Positions 10,944 through 16,641 of a stretch of DNA of 16,641 nucleotides are shown here, in pieces (position 1 is the first letter of the stretch; each line of letters begins with the position of its first letter). Source of the DNA: Ginkgo biloba (lineage: Eukaryota; Plantae; Ginkgophyta); NCBI GenBank assembly GCA_024626585.2, contig JANKJI020000004.1:66443097-66459737 (forward strand), written 5' to 3'. Below the pieces are notes generated by a model. The model had not been told where the DNA came from, did no database searches, and was given only the letters and a program-made list of their open reading frames with translations. The translations under genes were made by a program, and so were the position numbers.

Positions 10944-12020
10944 GTTGGAGTTGTTTCAGATGAGAAGCTACTGTATCTATTGGAGTTGGCCTTGTCAGCT
11001 GACACAGCCAAAACAGTGAGAAGGGCTAGAGAGTTGATGGATGTTGGTATTGAACTGATGGCTTTAATGCCTGAATTAGCATTTCTTATTATGGATATTC
11101 TTGCCGGTAGCTACAAGCTTGTAGATATCAAGGGCAAAGGAACCTTCTTTCGTGGGCATGCTTTCACTGAGGAGTTAGAGAGACTGAGATGAGCTTTGAA
11201 GATTCTTACTGAAGCAGAAAAGAAACTGAGGGTTTCAGATGATTAGACAACATGGCTAACATCAACTCTTTTGTAGTTTGGCTCTAGACAGTCTCATCTT
11301 GTTCCCACTTCTAGTACAAGTGTCACCCAAAGTCCTATAGCCTTGAAAGAAAGGAATGAAAAAGGATGGTTGTACTTTGATTCATCAGCCAGGCAAGTGT
11401 TGGATAAGGAAAAACATTTTGAAGCTTGACTTGAACAATTGGATGCAAAGATGATGTCAAAATCTAGGACGGGGAAGAATAATCAGAGTATCAAGAAATC
11501 AAATTTCATGCATTATCATGAGGCATATAAAGGGGTACCCTTGTCCAATATTGAGGCACAAACTCACATACTGGATTATTCACCTGTGTTGAGTGGACGT
11601 GGGAGAGATTTGCCTATAGATATTGATTATAATAGTAACTCAGGTCAAACAGAGTCTGGCTGTATGAGCCCAGGTAAGTTGGACGACATCTGGAAGAGGA
11701 CTATAGAAGAATGTTGTTCAAATACTATGGAGTAATTGTTGCATGCGCAAGGAAAGTTGGTGTCAATTTCTATGGGAGAAGGTTTTGCAATTGTTCAATT
11801 AGAATTTGGGCATCCAAATCGTAAATTGAGAGATGAAAGATCTTTAAAGAGCATTTTGAATTCATCTCAACTTGTTTTGGGTAGCTATGTGGATGTTAGA
11901 ATTAGTCTTGCCTCTCTGGTTAGCGAAGTAGAAGATATTATCTCCAAGAAAGATTCCGTTAATTTGCTTAGGTTTTCTACTGGTAAACAGAGGAAAAGGA
12001 CTAGTATGACAACTACATAA
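10944..12020 (+). pseudogene. STI: STICHEL 3' coding block, one continuous frame with six stops
   Basis: VGVVSDEKLLYLLELALSADTAKTVRRARELMD...GHAFTEELERLR*ALKILTEAEKKLRVSDD*TTWLTSTLL*FGS...KLDDIWKRTIEECCSNTME*LLHAQGKLVSISMGEGFAIVQLEFG...SILNSSQLVLG...VRISL. Homology may extend to about 12100, then is lost. Confidence 0.87.
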
Positions 12021-12149
12021 GGTAGACATGAGTTAAAGAGCACAACAAATGATCAAAGAAGAGCACATGGAGAAACATTCCGGAAAACTCACTATATATT
12101 ATAACGGACTTGAGTCTTTTACAACAATTTGTGGAAGCCTTTGATAGTC

Positions 12150-12256
12150 TATTCTGCATGCTGGGCGTCATCATTTCAACATAAGATAATTTTCAAGAAT
12201 AACCCTCCTTCACATTCAATGTTTTGAGGACAAAGCATTCTTAAAGGGGGAGGAAA
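12150..12256 (+). mobile_element. 3' end of a Ty3/Gypsy (chromovirus-like) internal region: decayed chromodomain tail plus polypurine tract
   Basis: Reads ST*DNFQE...FN then FEDKAFLKG / LKGGGNV, resembling the ATWE...LEDK...GGGNV end of plant chromovirus pol. Purine tract AAAGGGGGAGGAAA at 12243-12256 directly precedes TGTTA. Confidence 0.7.
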
Positions 12257-12370
12257 TGTTATACCTAATTTTTTTTAATAAGGCACCCTAAGGAGGTTGT
12301 TAGGTTGTTGAGGTGGTGCCAAATAGGCATTAAGTATAGGTAGTAAAACAGTCCATTAGGACAACATGCG

Positions 12371-12453
12371 GTTTGCATGCATAAAGTAAAAAGTTTGCAT
12401 ACATGACAATTGGAGGTGTGCATGCATGAAGTAATAAGTTTGCATGCATAAGG
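12371..12453 (+). repeat. About 22-bp tandem repeat, ~4 copies (GTTTGCATGCATRAAGTAAWAA)
   Basis: Units start at 12371, 12393, 12416, 12438. Confidence 0.8.
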
Positions 12454-12540
12454 TTAGAAATAGCGTGTAGTCCAGAAATAGAAATAACATGCAGTCAAGA
12501 ATTAGAAATAGCATGAATTCTAGAGTTAAAAATAAGTATG
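12454..12540 (+). repeat. 24-bp tandem repeat, ~3.5 copies (TTAGAAATAGCATGCAGTCNAGAA)
   Basis: Units start at 12454, 12478, 12502, 12526. Confidence 0.8.
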
Positions 12541-14474
12541 TCCATCGTTATAAAGGGGAGGTTTAGAGAGGAGAAAGGCGATTTTTGCCGTTTTGGGAGA
12601 AGCAATTTAAGTTTGGACTAATCCTCCTACGGATTTTGAGTCTAGTCCCCTCTAAGGACTAATTTTGATTCAGCTATGAAGAAGAGATTCAACACTTTTG
12701 ATGGTGATTTGGAGGCAACCTCTATGGAAGAGACACGGATTTAGCTTATCGGCTTGTGCTATTATAGTCAAGATTTGTTTTCATGGATGATGTTTAGAAT
12801 ATTTTGTAATGACTATTTGGTCATGAATTAGATAGATAATGTAATCATTGTTTCTCTAATTTTGGAATCTAATACAATATTATTGTTTACTTGTAAATTC
12901 TACAATTCTTACTAAACTTAGAATTCATAGTTCAGTCCAATAACCATCAACCAACGTTATTTCATATACATTCATTCCACAATACAAAATCAACACAAAA
13001 TGCACAAAGACCAAGGAGAAGTACAATCATTAATTCAATTGTTGTCACCCATATATGGTTGAATTAAACCAAATACAATGTATTTATAAGCATAAATGCC
13101 TGCTATTNNNNNNNNNNNNNNNNNNNNNNNNNNNNNNNNNNNNNNNNNNNNNNNNNNNNNNNNNNNNNNNNNNNNNNNNNNNNNNNNNNNNNNNNNNNNN
13201 NNNNNNNTACAGATAGTGTTGTTGCCTAACTACTATGGTTGAGAGTCCATTTCATTAAGGTGTTATGCAAGCACTTCCTAAGAAATGCGCCTTGCATTTT
13301 AAATGAATTTGATGGTCGTTAGATTCATATGCTTGAATGGAGAGAACCTTTTTTTATTGAGGTTGATATGTTGATTGGCCCAACTTGGGTAATGTACGTG
13401 GTTCTTTTATTTGAGGTTGACTTTGGGAGATGTCAAATGTCCCTGTAAAAGTAAGCTCTCATGGATATCATGTGACCTTGTCTTGTATTGGTGTTTTTGC
13501 TAATTTTTGGGTTTTACCATTTTTTAGTTTTGAACCCTCAACTTAACTTCATTTGTTCTTTTAGGTTCAATATCGTTTAATATATTTGATTGTTTGCAAA
13601 TAAATTGTCAAGGTGTGTTCCATTTTGTATCAGAGCTGCTTGATTCTTGGGCTGTGGAAGAAACTTATTGCTGTCACTGTCATTGGAGATATTCCAGCGG
13701 GAGTATTCTGGTATCATGGAGAAAACTGAGTTCCCACCGGATAACGACTGCAACGTAAATGACTTTAAATAAGTTGTGGAAGTCAACTAAATTCTTAGTG
13801 GGCAGTTCTGGGCAACAGCCACAACATTCGTAGATCCTCTCACAATTCCATTAAGCTCTCTACATCTCCATTGGGATAAGAAGAGGACGATTATCAGCTT
13901 TTTCTTTCTCTGTAAAGCAAGAGATTGTGCTCAATCTTCCATTGCTGCTGTTTGCAGGAAGAGACCGTCTGTTGAAAACAGGTGCATTGATTCATTAATA
14001 ATTTAATAATAGTGTTTACTTCAGATCAATATCTTTCTGGAAGCCTCAACGACCAGCCATTTCGATCTGGCCTCCACCGACGTGTATTTGAGATGAACTG
14101 TTTTAGTAAAGAGTGCCAAACAAAATTGAATGCTCAGGCAATTATATTTGCTTCGGCCTTGACAAGCTTAACCTGAAAAATTTTGAAGAGCCATTTGCTG
14201 CACAGGTGTACCTTTTTTGAATTTTTTTTTTCCCAAGTATTAACTATAGGGGCAAGAAATATATTTCTCATCCCTTTTAGTTAAAGAGGTAGTCATAGGN
14301 NNNNNNNNNNNNNNNNNNNNNNNNNNNNNNNNNNNNNNNNNNNNNNNNNNNNNNNNNNNNNNNNNNNNNNNNNNNNNNNNNNNNNNNNNNNNNNNNNNNC
14401 ATATGTCAACGAGTAGAATGCAACGGACATGTCATGGCAAACATACTCTTGATAGACATAGGGAAGTTAGATTG

Positions 14475-14938
14475 TGTTGATCTCACCAACACGGCATAGC
14501 TCCCTATGAATCTCAAGGTTTTAGTCATAACAGAGTATATTAAAAAAGTCTAGTTATAATGGATAGAAGTACATAATACTGAGAAGAATAATGCATGAGA
14601 CAAGGAATAGAGAGATGATTGATAATTATGCCTTACGACTTACAAAGCTATATATATACTATTTAGGGCACCTTTGGCAATGACTAAAAAAGGCATTATA
14701 TTTCATTGTATAAATTGTGATTGTTTTATTGCTAACTAATCTGGTTCTAGTTGGGTTTAATATCTTGAGGCAATCAAGACTTTGTAGCGTTGTAATCAAA
14801 TTGCTAAAATGATCGATTGTTGCTGACGCAATCAACTATGCTAATGCAATTGACTGCTCGCTATTGTGATCGAAGTAATTGCAGCCAAAATTGTTGTGAT
14901 TGTCAGCTTGCTACAACTGGCTCCCATTATGACCAATA
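14475..14938 (-). mobile_element. Probable degenerate 3' LTR downstream of the minus-strand ORF
   Basis: On the minus strand: purine-rich AGAAGTTGGAGAA, then TATTGG (decayed TGTTGG?) at 14938, a TATATATA box followed by GCTTTGTAA, and a TCAACA end at 14475. Confidence 0.4.
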
Positions 14939-15051
14939 TTCTCCAACTTCTATGACTAAGCAGGCTTGATCAAAGGCATTAGTTAACTAATGAGCATCTT
15001 GCCAACCATTAGGGTTGAACGTCCTCATTCAATGAATCGAAGTTTTCAAAA

Positions 15052-16641
15052 CTAGAATGTACTACTTGCCCCCTTGAAAATTTCGAGGCCTACTTTTTGG
15101 CCTTGCAAGTGCTTCGGAATACCATGTTGTTGGAGTAATTTTACTAGGTCGTAGTTAGCGGTGTCCAATCTCTAAAGTTGCATTTGATATCGATTTTGAG
15201 CCTTAGTGAGTTGTTTCTTGATTGAGGTTGATTGCTCTTGAGATTTATTTAGATCACCAATTATAGCCTTAGGCTTTGCATGTGCCTTCAATTGAGCTTT
15301 AATACATTGTGTTACTACTTTTGCTCTATCATATTTCATATCAAACATTTCATTTCGTTCTCAATCAATTAATAGAATCCAAGCACCAAGCTTCAAAGTA
15401 ATTTTCTCTAAATCGGGGAAAATTTGCTTCTGAAAATTATTCATGAAGCGTTGATAAGTATCCCATTTCAAGTCTTCCAACTGAACATCTACAAAATCTT
15501 CAATGAATTTAATTTTCTTTTTTGCCTCCAGAGCTTTTGTTGTGGCATCCAATGCCTCTTGTCTCACTCCTTGAGCTGGATGGTTAACTTTGGCAACCAA
15601 ATCTTGAACCCACACTTGTATGACATTGGCCGTGAAGGGTGGGTTTCCAAGCCTCATGGTTAGATAACTCATATTCTTTTTTATTCAATCCTTCCTCGAA
15701 AACCTTAAACGCGATCCTCCTATTTTAACTCGAAAAGTCCATTTGGAATGTATTCTGCCCAAAGAATTCGGGGTATGATTTCCTTTGACATGCTTGGCTT
15801 TGAGCCCAATGGAAAAAAGAAGCTTGTACCCCTTCATCGCATGCCTTTGGCTCAATGGATGATGTAGCACGTGCTTCAAGAGTGGGAATAGAAGTTGAAG
15901 GCACTTCCTCAACTATTGGTGTCTTACCTTTATTGTTCTTGTATGTCTTCTTTACTTCTTAAACTTCCATTGGGATTGGGTATTGGCTATTGACTGCAAC
16001 ACCTTCTACCTTCTCTTTAATTTTATCCCTAGTTTTAAATTTCTTCAACAACCACTTCAATATCTTAAATTCACCACTAAATTTTATAGCATCTTCATCC
16101 TTGATATCCCCTTTAGTGTACTTGTATGACCGACCAACAAGCCTGCCAAACTTAGCATTGTTGTCATCCATTGGCAAATTGGCATCCAAACATTGTGTGA
16201 AGAGTAGGCCAATGAACACAATGGGTAGAAAGAATGAGGATGAGTGCAAAGCGTCCTTAATTTGCTTGAGCAACATTAACATCTTGAAATAGACGACGGC
16301 ACACTAGTTGTGTTGGACCCCTGTCTTCACTTGCTTGATCATTGTTTGCAGTTGGGTGGGAATGTAGGTGTATTTTTGATTACCCAAGAGACGTGCTGCG
16401 ATGCACTTTGTAATCCAACAAAATTTGGAATCTTTCAACCCATTGACACATATATTAGAAGAGATGGTGTTAGCGATTTGTAGACAATATTCCTTGGTGA
16501 TGGCAACATAGTCTTGTCTTGGCATGAGAGGAACTTCTAGGCCATCCAACGAAAGGCTTGTAACTTCATGAATAGATGCTTCTGAAATTTGCAAGGCATT
16601 AGGGCATGTGACCACCATTTCGAGCACCAAAGCTAGTGCTC
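15052..16641 (-). mobile_element. Decayed accessory ORF of an LTR retrotransposon, running off the window edge
   Basis: ORFs 16304-16630 and 15959-16282 share a frame separated by a TAG (likely W) and continue MEV*EVKKTYKNNKGKTPIVEEVPSTS. After frameshifts the product ends in a coiled-coil-like tail (KAQLKAH...KKQLTKAQNRYQMQL...). The layout of N-terminal helical domain, KGK/low-complexity linker and coiled coil resembles extra ORFs of plant LTR elements. No gag, RT or integrase motif is visible. Confidence 0.55.

Larger units (their letters stand above)
6194..12020 (+). pseudogene. STI: STICHEL-family (DNA polymerase III gamma/tau-like AAA+) gene, disabled by premature stops and 3'-truncated
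   Basis: Translation shows STICHEL hallmarks in order: LRIRKELIALRRARCLRDPATTTSWKSP, LHNW, SWDGT...LDLPRQGCGIPCYWSR, SPSLSD, FGELDLEA, SLSQKY, Walker A GPRGTGKT, C4 zinc motif, SRC, GSLRDAETMLDQLSL, VGVVSDEKLL, LIMDILAG, ELERLR-ALK, GKLVSIS. In-frame stops at 6641, 11190, 11244, 11274, 11427, 11733, 12018. Exact paralog (STI vs STI-like) cannot be decided by eye. Confidence 0.9.
12257..13107 (+). mobile_element. 3' LTR of the Ty3/Gypsy element (right end lost in the N gap)
   Basis: Starts TGTTATAC immediately after the PPT. U3-like short tandem repeats at 12371-12540, TATAAA at 12549-12554, then GA-rich and AT-rich sequence. Confidence 0.7.
1774..14399. other. Assembly gaps (N runs)
   Basis: 1774-2224, 3448-3490, 4294-4314, 4550-4837, 7070-7105, 7326-7340, 7555-7598, 8219-8228, 8478-8844, 9435-9462, and exactly 100-N gaps at 10151-10250, 13108-13207, 14300-14399. 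Confidence 0.97.

Noticed and set aside
948-12540. CRISPR-like reading of the repeats at 948-1075, 5557-5779 and 12371-12540
   Set aside because: Units are head-to-tail or short and degenerate, with no constant repeat plus unique spacer pattern, no cas genes, and a eukaryotic context.
830-13107. Left LTR-like segment and the 12257 LTR as paired LTRs enclosing the gene
   Set aside because: No visible similarity between them (different termini and different internal repeats).
13208-13216. TACA after the gap as the LTR right terminus with GATAG as TSD
   Set aside because: It follows a 100-N gap, so contiguity is unknown, and no matching left TSD is available.
13577-14000. Moderately GC-rich segment and the 69-aa minus ORF as the missing STICHEL last exon or another gene
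   Set aside because: No frame I translated gave a recognisable family motif; several stops are present.

Overview
Eukaryotic, AT-rich, gap-ridden plant genomic DNA. A gymnosperm origin is plausible from the style of the LTR remnants, but that is inference. The centre holds a disabled STICHEL-family gene (plant relative of DNA polymerase III gamma/tau, clamp-loader AAA+) on the + strand. It has a candidate MSA/G-box promoter (~4390-4460), a 5' leader with splice signals, a long first coding exon (6194-8250, one premature stop), a GT-AG intron (8251-10943) and a second block (10944-~12100) with six in-frame stops and no frameshift. That block runs straight into a Ty3/Gypsy chromodomain tail, a polypurine tract and an LTR (12257 onward). 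The flanks are decayed LTR-retrotransposon pieces: an LTR-like segment with a 57-bp tandem repeat on the left, and a minus-strand decayed accessory ORF with a probable 3' LTR on the right. I see no convincing new biological system. The most interesting observation is the apparently intron-depleted, truncated STICHEL 3' half fused to a retroelement 3' end. Three 100-N gaps (probably unknown size) mean neighbouring blocks may not be truly contiguous.
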